Source: Nitrospinota bacterium
GTDB lineage: Bacteria; Nitrospinota_A; UBA7883; JACRGQ01
Direction: 5' to 3'
Assembly (NCBI GenBank): GCA_016200345.1
Contig: JACQEX010000058.1
Location: forward strand, 1-53,233
Length of the DNA: 53,233 nucleotides
The stretch's first letter is position 1, and the number at the start of each line of letters is the position of its first letter. Below, piece by piece: positions 9,317 to 19,500 of the stretch. Made by a program: the position numbers and the translations under genes. The notes beneath the pieces are model-generated. The model was not told the DNA's origin. It saw nothing but the letters and a program-made list of their open reading frames with translations, and searched no databases.

Positions 9317-9858
9317 ATTTCATTAAATCCGACATTCCCGAAGTCGTGCTCGTCGAGCCGAAAGTTTTTCCGGACGGACGCGGATTTTTCATGGAAACTT
9401 GGAACGAGCGAGTTTTCGCCGAAAACGGCGTCGCGGCGAAATTCGTGCAGGACAACCAGAGCAAATCCGTTCGTCACACGCTGAGGGGCCTTCACTACCA
9501 GGTGAGGCAGACGCAGGGAAAGCTTGTAAGGGCGCTCTCCGGCGAGGTGTTCGACGTGGCGGTTGATTTGCGGAAAAACTCCCGGCATTTCGGGAGGTGG
9601 GTCGGCGCCGTCCTTTCCGGCGAGAATAAAAAAATGGTCTGGGTGCCGCCGGGATTCGCCCACGGATTTTTGGTGTTGAGCGAAACGGCGGAGGTGGCCT
9701 ATAAATGCACCGATTTTTACGCGCCGGCCAACGAGAGGTCGCTGTTGTGGAACGACCCGCGCCTGGCGATAAAATGGCCTTTGCCGTCCGGGGCCGAGCC
9801 GATTCTTTCGCCAAAGGACGCCGCCGGAGCGGAGTTCTCAAAGGCGGAATATTTTTAG
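9313..9858 (+). CDS. rfbC: dTDP-4-dehydrorhamnose 3,5-epimerase
   Basis: D.RGFF.E, FVQDNQS.S, LRGLHYQ, QGKLVR, PPGFAHGF; AAGGAG RBS before ATG 9313. Confidence 0.95.
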   Translation: MNFIKSDIPEVVLVEPKVFPDGRGFFMETWNERVFAENGVAAKFVQDNQSKSVRHTLRGLHYQVRQTQGKLVRALSGEVFDVAVDLRKNSRHFGRWVGAVLSGENKKMVWVPPGFAHGFLVLSETAEVAYKCTDFYAPANERSLLWNDPRLAIKWPLPSGAEPILSPKDAAGAEFSKAEYF

Positions 9859-12335
9859 TTGCCGTCCAATAGAACGCCCCACCGGGTTTTATAGCCGAGG
9901 CTGTTGTTTTTTCCGCCCATGGAATAAAAGTTCTTTCCTCCGCCGAGGTGGAAAAGGAAACCGAAGCTTCCCAAATCGCGCGCCGGCTCGTAGTTGCCCC
10001 GGCCCTGGCCGTGCTCCTTTAGGTGGTATTCGTCGTCGCCTCCGATATTCGAGAGCACGCCTATGCCGTTGTCGTTTCCCGCGCCTTGCGCGATGACGCC
10101 GGAAATATATTTGTCGTTTCCTCCGTTGTCAACGAGGAACCCCACTCCGAAGTCGTGGCCGCAACCCTGCGCCACTCCAAAATCCGCCAGAAATATGTTT
10201 CCCCCCTCGCCGTCCATTAGAATTCCCGCCGACTGGTGAATCCCCGCGCCCTGCGAGTAACGCCCGGAAATATAGCGGTCGTTCCCCTTGCGGTCGTCGA
10301 GTATGCCAAGCGAAAACCAGTAGCTCGCCCCCTGCGCAAAATAGTCCGCGACGTACGTGTTGTTCCCCTCCGCATTGAAGAGGACGCCAATCCCGCCGGA
10401 CGCGCCGAGAAAGGACTCCGAGGGGCGCAGGCCGAAACCGAACCCCTGCGCCATCGAGACGTAGGATTTGCCCGGAGCGCGAAAATCTTCGTACAGCCCC
10501 CCCGCGAAATATTTGTTGTTTCCGGAAACATCTACGAGCGCGCCCAAGCCTTTCACGTACCCTGCGCCCTGCACGAAGAAGTTGCCGTAGTAGGAGTTGT
10601 TCCCGCCGACTTCCGCCAGTATTCCCACGCCAAAACTCGCCGCGCCTTGGGAGAAGGTTGAGGAGACGTACTGGCCGTTGCCCGCCAAATCAACCAATAC
10701 TCCGACCCCGAGAATTCCGACGCCTTGGGAGTGGCTTTTTGCCATGTACCGATGTTTACCCTCGAGGGCGATTAAGAATCCGCCTCCTAGCAGTCCGGCC
10801 CCATGCGCAAAATCCTCGTTTGTGGAATACAGGTCGTCGCCCGCAATGTCTATCACCACCGAAAACGGAATTTGCCGCGTGCTCCCGCCGGCGTGGTTGA
10901 AGTATTTGTCGTTTCCGCCAAAGTCGAGAATTAGCGCGGAGTCCTCGGTGTAGACGTTGTCCCCCGTGCCGCCGATAAACACGCGGCCCGCCGGAGTGTC
11001 AATTTCCGTCAGGTTGTCCTTTTCATGCACCTTCCATCCCTTCGGATAATATTCAAGCTTGCCGGCTTTTTTGTCCAGCTTTTCCAGCGTCTTCAAATCT
11101 ATCGCCCGCGCGATCTCCGCCGATGCGTTGAGAAGGCGCGGAAGATCCATCTTCAGCACGAGCTTGAAAAAACGGAGGAGGCTGGTTTCTTGGTCGCGCT
11201 TTTCGGCGTCGGTTTTTTCCCGTTTCTCGGAATTATAATCCTCGACCAGAAGCTTGGGCGCCGTCTGGTATAGGAAGTCAATCTCCTCGTCGGTGAAAAC
11301 GGAGAGCACCGCGGAGCGTTCGGAATTTGCGTGCTGTATGGCGTTAACCAGTCTTTCGACGTATTCGGTCATGTCCTTTGGCGGTTTGGCCTCCTCCGGC
11401 TTTGGCGGGGCGTACGTCATGTCCAACTCCTCCATCCCGGTTTTTATAAGCCCGGCAATATCATGGTTCGTTTTGTTGAACGTGTCCTGAAGGCGGTCGG
11501 TTATTTTCCGGGCCACCACCGGCAAATCCATCGGGTGGTACATTATGTAATTGACCTCCTGCAGGCGGAACGGGTTGTAGTCCCCGTTTTTCATCAGCAT
11601 CGGGCTCACCACCTTGTCCGCCTCGTTGCGAAACTCTTTGAGGATTCTGGCGAACTCGCCGGTGAGACCCTCTTTTTCCAACACCCCGTTCAGCAATGAT
11701 TTGCCCGTTACGGAGGTTTTCTTTTCCAGGTCGGGGTGAGGTTTTAAAATCGTCCGGGCTTTGGGGTAGGGTTTTATCTCGGCGCGTATCTCCATAGCGG
11801 AGCCGTCGCGCAGGACGCGTAGTTTTACCTTTTCGCCGGGGTGTATTTTGGAAATCGTAATTCGGAAGGAGAGCAGGACGTTGTTGTCCTTCACCTCAAT
11901 CGGCTTGCCGTTTACTCCGACGATTAGGTCCCCCTCGCGAAGCCCGGCTTTTTCCGCCCCGGAGTCCGGCATGACTCTCGCCACCTCCACAGCCTGCAAC
12001 TCTGCCCCGGAGCCTTGCTCCTTGGGCGGTTTGGCGGGGAGCTTCATGGCGATTCCGAGCCACCCCTTTTTTTCCAAATCTTCCTGATGTTCGAGCAGAC
12101 CCTCCCATTCCGCGGCGGTTCCGAACAGATTTGAAATACGCGACATGTCGGCGTTGACCTCGGAGCCAAAACTTTTCATGTCGGCTCCCTGATAGTCGTA
12201 GACTTTGTTCACTTCCTTCGGGCGTTCCGCCTGCCCGGCCCACGCGTGGTTGGAAACGGCAAGGGAGATTATCGTGAAGAATATCAGCAAGGCAATGTTC
12301 AGGTAGGTACAAGGCAGAGGCCTTGTACCCACCAA
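9855..12335 (-). CDS. Exported PDZ-domain protein with C-terminal Gly-rich repeat solenoid
   Basis: GWLGI...AEKAGLREGDLIVGVNG (PDZ); many G.G.L.D..GND.Y....QG.G repeats; signal-like N-terminus; start uncertain. Confidence 0.8.
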   Translation of the reverse strand: MVGTRPLPCTYLNIALLIFFTIISLAVSNHAWAGQAERPKEVNKVYDYQGADMKSFGSEVNADMSRISNLFGTAAEWEGLLEHQEDLEKKGWLGIAMKLPAKPPKEQGSGAELQAVEVARVMPDSGAEKAGLREGDLIVGVNGKPIEVKDNNVLLSFRITISKIHPGEKVKLRVLRDGSAMEIRAEIKPYPKARTILKPHPDLEKKTSVTGKSLLNGVLEKEGLTGEFARILKEFRNEADKVVSPMLMKNGDYNPFRLQEVNYIMYHPMDLPVVARKITDRLQDTFNKTNHDIAGLIKTGMEELDMTYAPPKPEEAKPPKDMTEYVERLVNAIQHANSERSAVLSVFTDEEIDFLYQTAPKLLVEDYNSEKREKTDAEKRDQETSLLRFFKLVLKMDLPRLLNASAEIARAIDLKTLEKLDKKAGKLEYYPKGWKVHEKDNLTEIDTPAGRVFIGGTGDNVYTEDSALILDFGGNDKYFNHAGGSTRQIPFSVVIDIAGDDLYSTNEDFAHGAGLLGGGFLIALEGKHRYMAKSHSQGVGILGVGVLVDLAGNGQYVSSTFSQGAASFGVGILAEVGGNNSYYGNFFVQGAGYVKGLGALVDVSGNNKYFAGGLYEDFRAPGKSYVSMAQGFGFGLRPSESFLGASGGIGVLFNAEGNNTYVADYFAQGASYWFSLGILDDRKGNDRYISGRYSQGAGIHQSAGILMDGEGGNIFLADFGVAQGCGHDFGVGFLVDNGGNDKYISGVIAQGAGNDNGIGVLSNIGGDDEYHLKEHGQGRGNYEPARDLGSFGFLFHLGGGKNFYSMGGKNNSLGYKTRWGVLLDGN
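12302..12333. repeat. Single REP-like palindrome (family A)
   Basis: GGTAGGTACAAGG-CAGAGG-CCTTGTACCCACC hairpin. Confidence 0.8.
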
Positions 12336-12752
12336 TTAAAACTCCAGATTGCTGAAGAAGTGGGGGACTTCCCGGCCTGCGGACGCCGGGGAGTCGGAGC
12401 CGTGAACGGAGTTTTTCTCCATGTCCACGGCGAAGTCTTTTCGTATCGTTCCCGCGTCCGCCTTCTCCGGGTTCGTGGCGCCCATCAGTTTTCGCCAGTC
12501 GGCGATTGCGTTTTCTTTCTCAAGCGTCATGGCGATAATCTGGCCGGACGTCATGTATGAGCAGAGCGAGCCGAAGAAAGGCCTGGCCGCGTGCTCTGCG
12601 TAAAACCCCTCGGCCTGCGCCTTGGTGAGCCTTATCTGCTTCATCGCGAGGATTTTGAACCCGTTTTGGAGAATGCGGTCGATGATAAGCCCCTGTTTGC
12701 CCCGCTCCAATCCGTCCGGCTTGATCAGTCCCAAAGTTCTTTCGATTGTCAT
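12336..12752 (-). CDS. ndk: Nucleoside diphosphate kinase
   Basis: ERTLGLIKPDG, GATNP..A..GTIR, NSVHGSDS. Confidence 0.97.
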   Translation of the reverse strand: MTIERTLGLIKPDGLERGKQGLIIDRILQNGFKILAMKQIRLTKAQAEGFYAEHAARPFFGSLCSYMTSGQIIAMTLEKENAIADWRKLMGATNPEKADAGTIRKDFAVDMEKNSVHGSDSPASAGREVPHFFSNLEF

Positions 12753-13621
12753 ATTTTAAACTCGTCTATAAAGGTGTTAATGTCGCGGTTCTTGTCCGCT
12801 TTTGCCTTTTGGTTGATTTTTTTTAAGTTTTCGACCAAGGTGGGGCGTTGTGTCTCGAAGAAAATTCCGCTGTAAAGTTTTCCCGCGGGCGGGTTTACGG
12901 CCTTGTCCAGGGCCGACACGAGGTTTGATTTGTCGTGGTCGGCGGGAAGGTCTATGAAGGAGTCCTTGAAAAAATCGAATGTGTCCACCTTGTTGAAGGT
13001 GAGGCACGGCGAGATGATGTTCACGAAGGAAAATCCCTTGTGCGATATCGCCTGCTGGACGGTTTGGGAAAGGCCCTTCGGGTCGCCGGAAAAACCCTGC
13101 GCGACGAACGTGGCGCCGTAGGTGAGGGAGTAGGCAAGCGGGTTTACCGCCGCCGGGTCTGGCGTTCCGAACGGCGTCAACGTTCCCACCGTGCCCGGGG
13201 TCGAGGTGGGGGAGGCCTGGCCTTTTGTGAGGCCGTATACGTGGTTGTCCATCATCACGCAGGTAAGGTCGGTGTTTTTTCTCGCCACGTGGGGAAAGTG
13301 TCCCCCGCCGATTGAGAACAAATCTCCGTCGCCGCCGAACACTACAACTTCCAAGTTCGGATTGGCAAGCTTGACGCCGGATGCGACCGGTAAAGACCTG
13401 CCGTGCAGGGAGTGAAACCCGTAGGTTTTTAGGAAGTAGGGGAGCCTGCTCGAACAGCCGATGCCGGAGACGCAGACGGTGTTGTCTATCGTAAGCTTAA
13501 GCGCCGCGAACGCGTTTTGAACCGCGTTAAGAACGCCGTAGTCCCCGCATCCGGGGCACCACACGACACGGATGTCGCTTTTATAATCCTTTGCCTTTAA
13601 GGTTTCGGCGGTGGCGGTCAT
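12749..13621 (-). CDS. korB: 2-oxoacid:ferredoxin oxidoreductase beta subunit
   Basis: WCPGCGD, GIGCSS, LHGR, GGDGD..SIGGGH, YGLTKGQASPT. Confidence 0.9.
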   Translation of the reverse strand: MTATAETLKAKDYKSDIRVVWCPGCGDYGVLNAVQNAFAALKLTIDNTVCVSGIGCSSRLPYFLKTYGFHSLHGRSLPVASGVKLANPNLEVVVFGGDGDLFSIGGGHFPHVARKNTDLTCVMMDNHVYGLTKGQASPTSTPGTVGTLTPFGTPDPAAVNPLAYSLTYGATFVAQGFSGDPKGLSQTVQQAISHKGFSFVNIISPCLTFNKVDTFDFFKDSFIDLPADHDKSNLVSALDKAVNPPAGKLYSGIFFETQRPTLVENLKKINQKAKADKNRDINTFIDEFKI

Positions 13622-15345
13622 TACATTGCCTCCTTAATTTTTTCCAGAATTTGCTTTGGCGAGAACGGCAGTCCGCCGTATATCGGGTAGCTTATCGGGT
13701 TAATGCCGGTTTTCCCGCGCAGTATCTCGGCGAACTGCCCCTGCTTGTTGACCTCCGGGACGAGTATTTTTTTGCAGGTCGCCGCGAACGCCAAAATCTG
13801 CTTTTCTTGCAACGGCCAGACCAGTTTGGGATGAAGGGCTTTCACCTTCAATCCCTCTTTACGGGCCATGTTGACCGCCTCGCGCACCGTGCCGAGCGTG
13901 GAACCCCAGCTAATGACGCCGACGTCCGCCTGTCCTTCCCCTTGCACCTCGGGGGCCGGGTAAAAATCAACCACGTCCTTCAGTTTGCCGAATCGTTTAT
14001 CCAGCATTCTATTGTGGTCTTCCGGCGTAAAGGAGGGGGCGGAGCTTTCAGCGTGCTCCAGCCCTGTGGAGATGTAGGCGCCGCCCGGGTCGCCCGGTTG
14101 CGACATCGGCGATATGCCGTTTTCGGTCAGCTTGTAACGCAGGTATTTGTCGCTTCCGTTCGGCTTGTACCTGTCGCGGTTGATTATCTTGTATTTTTTC
14201 GGGTCGGGCCGCGCCACCGATTCCGTCCTGAAGCCGAGCGAGCCGTCGGTTAGGAGAATAACCGGAATCTGGTATTTTTCGGCGAGGTTGAAGGCGTCCA
14301 CCGCCAGGTCAATCGCGTCCGCCACGTTCTCCGCGGAGAGAACGATGCGCGACGCGTCGCCGTGGCCGCCGTGGACCGCCATGAAGAGGTCGGACTGCTC
14401 GTGTTTGGTGGGGAGGCCAGTGGAGGGGCCGCCGCGCTGAACGTCCACGATGACGCATGGAAGCTCCGCCATCGAGGCGTAGCCCAGAAGCTCCTGCATC
14501 AAAGAAAGGCCGGGGCCGGAGGTGGAGGTCATGGCCTTCGCGCCCGCGTATGACGCGCCCAAAACCTGCGCGAGCGACGCCATCTCGTCCTCGGCCTGAA
14601 CAAGCGTTCCGTCCCTTTTCGGAAGCGCGGACGACATATAGTTTGCCACCTCTGTCGCCGGCGTAATCGGGTACGCGCTGAGGAAATTGCAACCGGCAAT
14701 CATGGCGCCAAGGCCCGCCGCCTCGTTGCCGGAGATGATGATGACGTCCTTGCCGGTTTTGTTCCCGAGCCCCATCGTGTAGGGGTCTGTCTTTTTGTAA
14801 TTTTCCTTCATGTAGTTTTCGCCGGACTCGATGGCCTTTAGGTTTGTGTCCACGACGGCCTGGCCCTTCTTGCCGAATTTCTGGCGGATTAGCTCCTTCA
14901 AGTCCTCTTTGGCGATGTCGAACATGTACGAAAGCGCGCCGAGCGCGACCATGTTTTTTGCCCTGTACATGTCGAGGTCCTTCTTCGCGATTTTTGACAT
15001 CGGAAGAGGGTAGGTGACGACGCCGTCCATCTTGACTTCCTGCTCTATGTCGCCGCCGGGGAAGTCATAAATAAGAACGGTGCCGGGGATTAGCTCCTTT
15101 TTGTTTTTGTCCAACGCCTCTTGGTTGAACGCGCAGAAGACCTGGAATCCGGTTCCCTCGGACAAAATCTTGTCCTTGGAGAAGCGGATTTGGTACATGG
15201 CGTATCCGCCCCTTATCTCCGCCGGGAATGTCTTGAAGGTCAAAACCTCCAATCCGGAGCGACAAGCGGCCTCGGCCACCATGTCGCCGGCGCTTATTAT
15301 GCCTTCTCCGCCCTCGCCGCCGATTCTGATAATTAAGTCGCTCAT
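13621..15345 (-). CDS. korA: 2-oxoacid:ferredoxin oxidoreductase alpha subunit (gamma-alpha fusion)
   Basis: GGEGGEG, AEIRGG, YPITPATE, QAEDE, TSGPG, QRGGPSTGLPTK.EQSD. Confidence 0.9.
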   Translation of the reverse strand: MSDLIIRIGGEGGEGIISAGDMVAEAACRSGLEVLTFKTFPAEIRGGYAMYQIRFSKDKILSEGTGFQVFCAFNQEALDKNKKELIPGTVLIYDFPGGDIEQEVKMDGVVTYPLPMSKIAKKDLDMYRAKNMVALGALSYMFDIAKEDLKELIRQKFGKKGQAVVDTNLKAIESGENYMKENYKKTDPYTMGLGNKTGKDVIIISGNEAAGLGAMIAGCNFLSAYPITPATEVANYMSSALPKRDGTLVQAEDEMASLAQVLGASYAGAKAMTSTSGPGLSLMQELLGYASMAELPCVIVDVQRGGPSTGLPTKHEQSDLFMAVHGGHGDASRIVLSAENVADAIDLAVDAFNLAEKYQIPVILLTDGSLGFRTESVARPDPKKYKIINRDRYKPNGSDKYLRYKLTENGISPMSQPGDPGGAYISTGLEHAESSAPSFTPEDHNRMLDKRFGKLKDVVDFYPAPEVQGEGQADVGVISWGSTLGTVREAVNMARKEGLKVKALHPKLVWPLQEKQILAFAATCKKILVPEVNKQGQFAEILRGKTGINPISYPIYGGLPFSPKQILEKIKEAM

Positions 15346-15370
15346 TAAAGAGTTCCTCCATCTTTCATTA

Positions 15371-16249
15371 TTATTTCCCAGATTTTAAAACTTTTTGAAT
15401 TGTTTCGCCAATATCCGCCGGGCTCACGCAGACGTGAATGCCGGCCTTTTGCATGGCCTCCATTTTTTCCTTTGCGGTTCCCTTGCCACCCGCGATTATG
15501 GCCCCCGCATGGCCCATTCGCCTCCCCGGGGGCGCCGTCTGGCCGGCTATGAAGCCGACAACCGGTTTTTTAACGTTGTTCTTGATGTAGTCGGCGGCCT
15601 CCTCCTCCGCCGAGCCGCCAATCTCGCCTATCATCACTATCGCGTCGGTGTCTTTGTCCGCGTTGAAAAGTTTCAGCGCGTCGGTGTGGTTGGTGCCTAT
15701 CACCGGGTCGCCGCCTATGCCGATGCAGGTGGACTGGCCGATGCCAAGCGCGGTCAGCTGGCCCACCGCCTCGTAGGTAAGCGTGCCGGAGCGGGAGACG
15801 ATGCCGACCCGTCCTTTCTTATGGATGTGTCCCGGCATGATGCCGATTTTGGCCTCGCCGGGGGTGATGATTCCGGGGCAGTTCGGCCCTATTAGCCGGG
15901 AATGGCCCCCTTTAATGGCGTTAAAGGCCTTTACCATGTCCTGCGCCGGGATTCCCTCGGTTATGCAGACGATGAGTTCTATCCCCGCGTCGAACGCCTC
16001 CAAAATCGCGTCCGCCGCGAAAGGGGGGGGGACGAATATCATGGTGGCGTTCGCCTTCGTCTCTTTAACGGCGTCGCGCACGGTGTTAAAAACCGGGATG
16101 CCCTCCACGTTTCCGCCCGCCTTGCCGGGGGTTACGCCGCCGACCACGTTTGTTCCGTAGCTTTTGCAACCAAGCCCGTGAAAGGTTCCCTCCTTGCCGG
16201 TAATGCCCTGTACGATGAGTCTTGTCTGATTCCCTACCAATACGCTCAT
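15371..16249 (-). CDS. sucD: Succinyl-CoA synthetase alpha subunit
   Basis: [35 protein letters not shown]. Confidence 0.97.
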   Translation of the reverse strand: MSVLVGNQTRLIVQGITGKEGTFHGLGCKSYGTNVVGGVTPGKAGGNVEGIPVFNTVRDAVKETKANATMIFVPPPFAADAILEAFDAGIELIVCITEGIPAQDMVKAFNAIKGGHSRLIGPNCPGIITPGEAKIGIMPGHIHKKGRVGIVSRSGTLTYEAVGQLTALGIGQSTCIGIGGDPVIGTNHTDALKLFNADKDTDAIVMIGEIGGSAEEEAADYIKNNVKKPVVGFIAGQTAPPGRRMGHAGAIIAGGKGTAKEKMEAMQKAGIHVCVSPADIGETIQKVLKSGK

Positions 16250-16253
16250 GTCG

Positions 16254-17417
16254 CTATCCTTTCAACGCCGCGACGGCCTTTTGGGCGCCGTCTTTCATGC
16301 TTGAGGCGATTATGAATTTGAGGCCGCTTTCGGCAAGTATCTTTTTCCCCTCGTCCACGTTTGTCCCCTCCATACGGATGACAATCGGGATTTTAATGTC
16401 AATTTTTCGCGCGGCGGAAACGACCCCGTTAGATAATCTATCACATCTTAAAATCCCGCCAAAGATGTTGATAAATATGGCCTGCACAGATTTATCGGCG
16501 ATGATGATTTTAAGGGCCTCCTCAATCTGTTCCGCGCTTGCCCCGCCGCCCACGTCTAAAAAATTAGCCGGTTCGCCACCAGAGTGTTTAATAATATCCA
16601 TTGTCGCCATGGCGAGTCCCGCGCCGTTGACCATGCATCCGATGTTGCCGTTTAGCTTTATGTAGTTAAGGCTGAATTTGGAGGCCTCTATCTCCAAGGG
16701 GTCTTCCTCGTTGAGATCGCGGTATTCCATAACCTCTTTGTGGCGGAACATTGCGTTGTCGTCATAGGCCAGTTTTGCGTCCAACGCAAGGATTTTTCCG
16801 TCCTTGGTTTGAACAAGGGGGTTTATCTCCGCCATTGAAAGGTCTTCCTTCTCATACATGGTGTAAAACTTTGATATAAAAGAGACGACAGCTCCAATCA
16901 TCTCCTGCGGAAAGGCCAGCCCGTAGGCTATCTGCCTGCACTGGTAGGGCATAATGCCGACCGAAGGGACTACGACGACCTTGATGATTTTCTCGGGGGT
17001 TTTCTCGGCCACTTCCTCGATTTCCATACCCCCTTCGGTGGAGGCCATGATGACGTTTTTGGAAGACGCGCGGTCTAGGACTATGCCAAGGTATAGCTCG
17101 CGTCCGATTTTGCAACCGTCCTCGATAAGGAGCTTTTGAACCAATTTGCCGGACGGCCCGGTTTGGTGGGTGACAAGGGTCATGCCGAGGATGGCTTTGG
17201 CCTGGGCTTCCGCCTCGTCCGCCGAGAAGGCCAGTTTTACGCCCCCCCCCTTGCCGCGTCCGCCGGCGTGAATTTGAGCCTTTACCACGACCGGGTACCC
17301 GGCCAGTCTTCCGGCCAGTTCCCGCGCGTTATATGCGGTTTCGGTGCAAAAGCCGTCCGGCACTGGTATGCCGTGTTTTCGCAGAACCTCTTTCGCCTGA
17401 TATTCATGAAGCTTCAA
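16254..17417 (-). CDS. sucC: Succinyl-CoA synthetase beta subunit
   Basis: [45 protein letters not shown]; TTG start at 17417 after GGAGG. Confidence 0.97.
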   Translation of the reverse strand: MKLHEYQAKEVLRKHGIPVPDGFCTETAYNARELAGRLAGYPVVVKAQIHAGGRGKGGGVKLAFSADEAEAQAKAILGMTLVTHQTGPSGKLVQKLLIEDGCKIGRELYLGIVLDRASSKNVIMASTEGGMEIEEVAEKTPEKIIKVVVVPSVGIMPYQCRQIAYGLAFPQEMIGAVVSFISKFYTMYEKEDLSMAEINPLVQTKDGKILALDAKLAYDDNAMFRHKEVMEYRDLNEEDPLEIEASKFSLNYIKLNGNIGCMVNGAGLAMATMDIIKHSGGEPANFLDVGGGASAEQIEEALKIIIADKSVQAIFINIFGGILRCDRLSNGVVSAARKIDIKIPIVIRMEGTNVDEGKKILAESGLKFIIASSMKDGAQKAVAALKG

Positions 17418-17540
17418 ATCGCGTCCTCCGTCTCGTTTATTGCCTGCCCAGCGCAAGGGGCGAATGTGACCAACCCAAAGATGGTGAGAATATCAAATTT
17501 TGGGGTGTTTCGCAAGGGTTGGAAAGGGGAGGGAACTGGC

Positions 17541-17570
17541 CTCACGCGAAGCCGCGAAGAACGCGAAGAG
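17541..17570. repeat. Tandem ~9-mer arm (CGCGAAG x3), family C-like
   Basis: CTCACGCGAAGCCGCGAAGAACGCGAAGAG; first 19 bp identical to 41115-41133. Confidence 0.7.
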
Positions 17571-17583
17571 GAAGGACTTAGTT

Positions 17584-17680
17584 GGTGGGTACACCCTTTA
17601 GGGTGTACGTCGGCCTGTAAAGGCCGGGGAATTTATTGCCGCTTGCGCGACAATGCACAGCCTCAAGGCCGTGCCTACCG
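17584..17680 (+). repeat. Family A multi-hairpin element, copy 2
   Basis: GGTGGGTACACCCTTTAGGGTGTAC...CAATGCACAGCCTCAAGGCCGTGCCTACCG. Confidence 0.85.
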
Positions 17681-17760
17681 TTCTCATTCTCCGATGGAGA
17701 CACCGTTCACGGTATTAATATATTTCACGGGAATGATAAAAGAAAAACAGTCCGAAATAA

Positions 17761-18630
17761 CTACTGGGCCGGGACGGGGGAGGGCGCCGGCGTAGGTAGG
17801 GTGATGTCGGAGGTGCCCAGCTCGGGAACCCTTGTCTGGCTGTTTTCCTCGTTCTTTTTCTTTTCGTAGAGCAGGATAAGGCTTATGCGCCTGTTCCGGG
17901 CGTCCTTCGGGTTTTCCTTTATGTACGGCTCGGTGTCGGCGTAGCCCACGACGCGCGCGATTCTGTACGGGTCTATTCCGTCCGCTTGAAGCTCTTTGCG
18001 CGCGGCCGAGGCCCTCATCGTTGAAATCTCCCAGTTGCTTATTCCGTTTGCGCTGTAGGGGGTGGAGTCGGTGTGGCCCTCGACCGCGATTCTGTTCGTG
18101 GTTTCCTTGATATTTTCGGAAATGAGGCCCAACACCTCTTTGGCGCGTTCGGTCAGCACCGCGCTACCCGGCTCGAACATCGGGTTTCCCTCCTTGTCCA
18201 CTATTTGGATTCGGATTCCCCCCTCGAAGACGTCGAGCACAATCTGATTCTTCAGCTTCTCAAACCTGGCCCCCATTTGGGCCTGGATTTTTGTGGAGAT
18301 GTCCTCCATCGTCATGTCCCGGGTCGTCGCGCCTTTGGCCATGTCCTTATGCGTTTCTCCGCCCGGTTTTTGCATCACGGCGGGCGCGCCGGAAAGAACG
18401 GACGAACTTCCGGCCTTGAAAATATTAAACTCCTTAAAGTACTCCGCCATGACGATGCGCTTTTCCGGCGAGACCATGGCCAATAGCCACAGCAAAAGGA
18501 AAAACGCCATCATCGCGGTCACGAAGTCGGCGTAGGCCACCTTCCAAGAGCCGCCGTGCGCGCCGGCGTGGCCCCCCTTTTTTATCTTCTTTATTACGGT
18601 GGCCTTGTCGCCCTTTTTTGCGTCGGACAT
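17761..18630 (-). CDS. motB: Flagellar stator protein MotB
   Basis: HGGSWKVAYADFVTAMMAFF; OmpA-like C-domain (EGHTDS, NWEIS..RA, NRRI). Confidence 0.95.
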   Translation of the reverse strand: MSDAKKGDKATVIKKIKKGGHAGAHGGSWKVAYADFVTAMMAFFLLLWLLAMVSPEKRIVMAEYFKEFNIFKAGSSSVLSGAPAVMQKPGGETHKDMAKGATTRDMTMEDISTKIQAQMGARFEKLKNQIVLDVFEGGIRIQIVDKEGNPMFEPGSAVLTERAKEVLGLISENIKETTNRIAVEGHTDSTPYSANGISNWEISTMRASAARKELQADGIDPYRIARVVGYADTEPYIKENPKDARNRRISLILLYEKKKNEENSQTRVPELGTSDITLPTPAPSPVPAQ

Positions 18631-19487
18631 TATTTCTTAATCTTGGCCATTGCGGCCTCGACCTCCTGGAAGGTGGGACGCTGGGAGCCGGGTATTACGC
18701 GTCTGCCGAACTCAACGGCGACCTGCGGTGCGTCCCCGCGTACGAACGCGACCAGAATTATTTTGAGGACGCCGTAGTATTGGTGGTCCTCGTGGGCCAG
18801 CGCCTCCAGCGCCTTCGAGATGGGGCCCACGTATCCGTAGCACAAGAGCACGCCCAAAAAGGTGCCGACCAGCGCCGCGCCGACGTGGTGGCCCAGCACG
18901 GAGGGGGGCTCGTCAATTTTGCCCATGGTTATGACGACGCCAAGCACGGCGGCGACTATTCCAAGGCCCGGGAGCGCGTCCGCCACGTTTGCTACCACGC
19001 GGGAGGGGGTCGTGGCCTCGTCGTGGTGCGAATCCATTTCAGCGTCGAGCAACGACTCCAAATCGTGGTGTGAGATGGTGGTGGACATGATGGTCCGCAG
19101 TGTGTCGGTGATAAAGTACATGGCGTGGTGGTTGTGGAAAAGTTTGGGGTATTTGGGGAATATCTTGCTTTTGTCCGGCTTTTCCACGTCCTCTTCGATG
19201 GAGATTAGCCCCTCGCGGCGAATCTTGAAGAAGATTTCGCTCATCAGCATGAGTATTTCGAGGTAGTCGGCCTTGCCGTAGGTCTTGCCAGAGAAGAGTT
19301 TTTTGAGGTCGGCAAGCACCAGCTTGATTATCTTGGCCGGGGCCTGGATGATGAACCCGCCAAGCGCAGCCCCGCCGATGATTACAAGCTCCGCCGGCTG
19401 GATAAGCACGGAAAAGTTTCCCTTTTCCATGGCGTACCCGGCCAAGACGCACCCTATTACTACGATGGCGCCGATTACAAACGTCAT
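18630..19487 (-). CDS. motA: Flagellar stator protein MotA
   Basis: QPAELVIIGGA, RREGL..IE, DALPGLGIVAAVLGVV.TM, ALVGTFLG, AVEFGRR. Confidence 0.95.
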   Translation of the reverse strand: MTFVIGAIVVIGCVLAGYAMEKGNFSVLIQPAELVIIGGAALGGFIIQAPAKIIKLVLADLKKLFSGKTYGKADYLEILMLMSEIFFKIRREGLISIEEDVEKPDKSKIFPKYPKLFHNHHAMYFITDTLRTIMSTTISHHDLESLLDAEMDSHHDEATTPSRVVANVADALPGLGIVAAVLGVVITMGKIDEPPSVLGHHVGAALVGTFLGVLLCYGYVGPISKALEALAHEDHQYYGVLKIILVAFVRGDAPQVAVEFGRRVIPGSQRPTFQEVEAAMAKIKK

Positions 19488-19500
19488 TTAAAGTCCTTCT

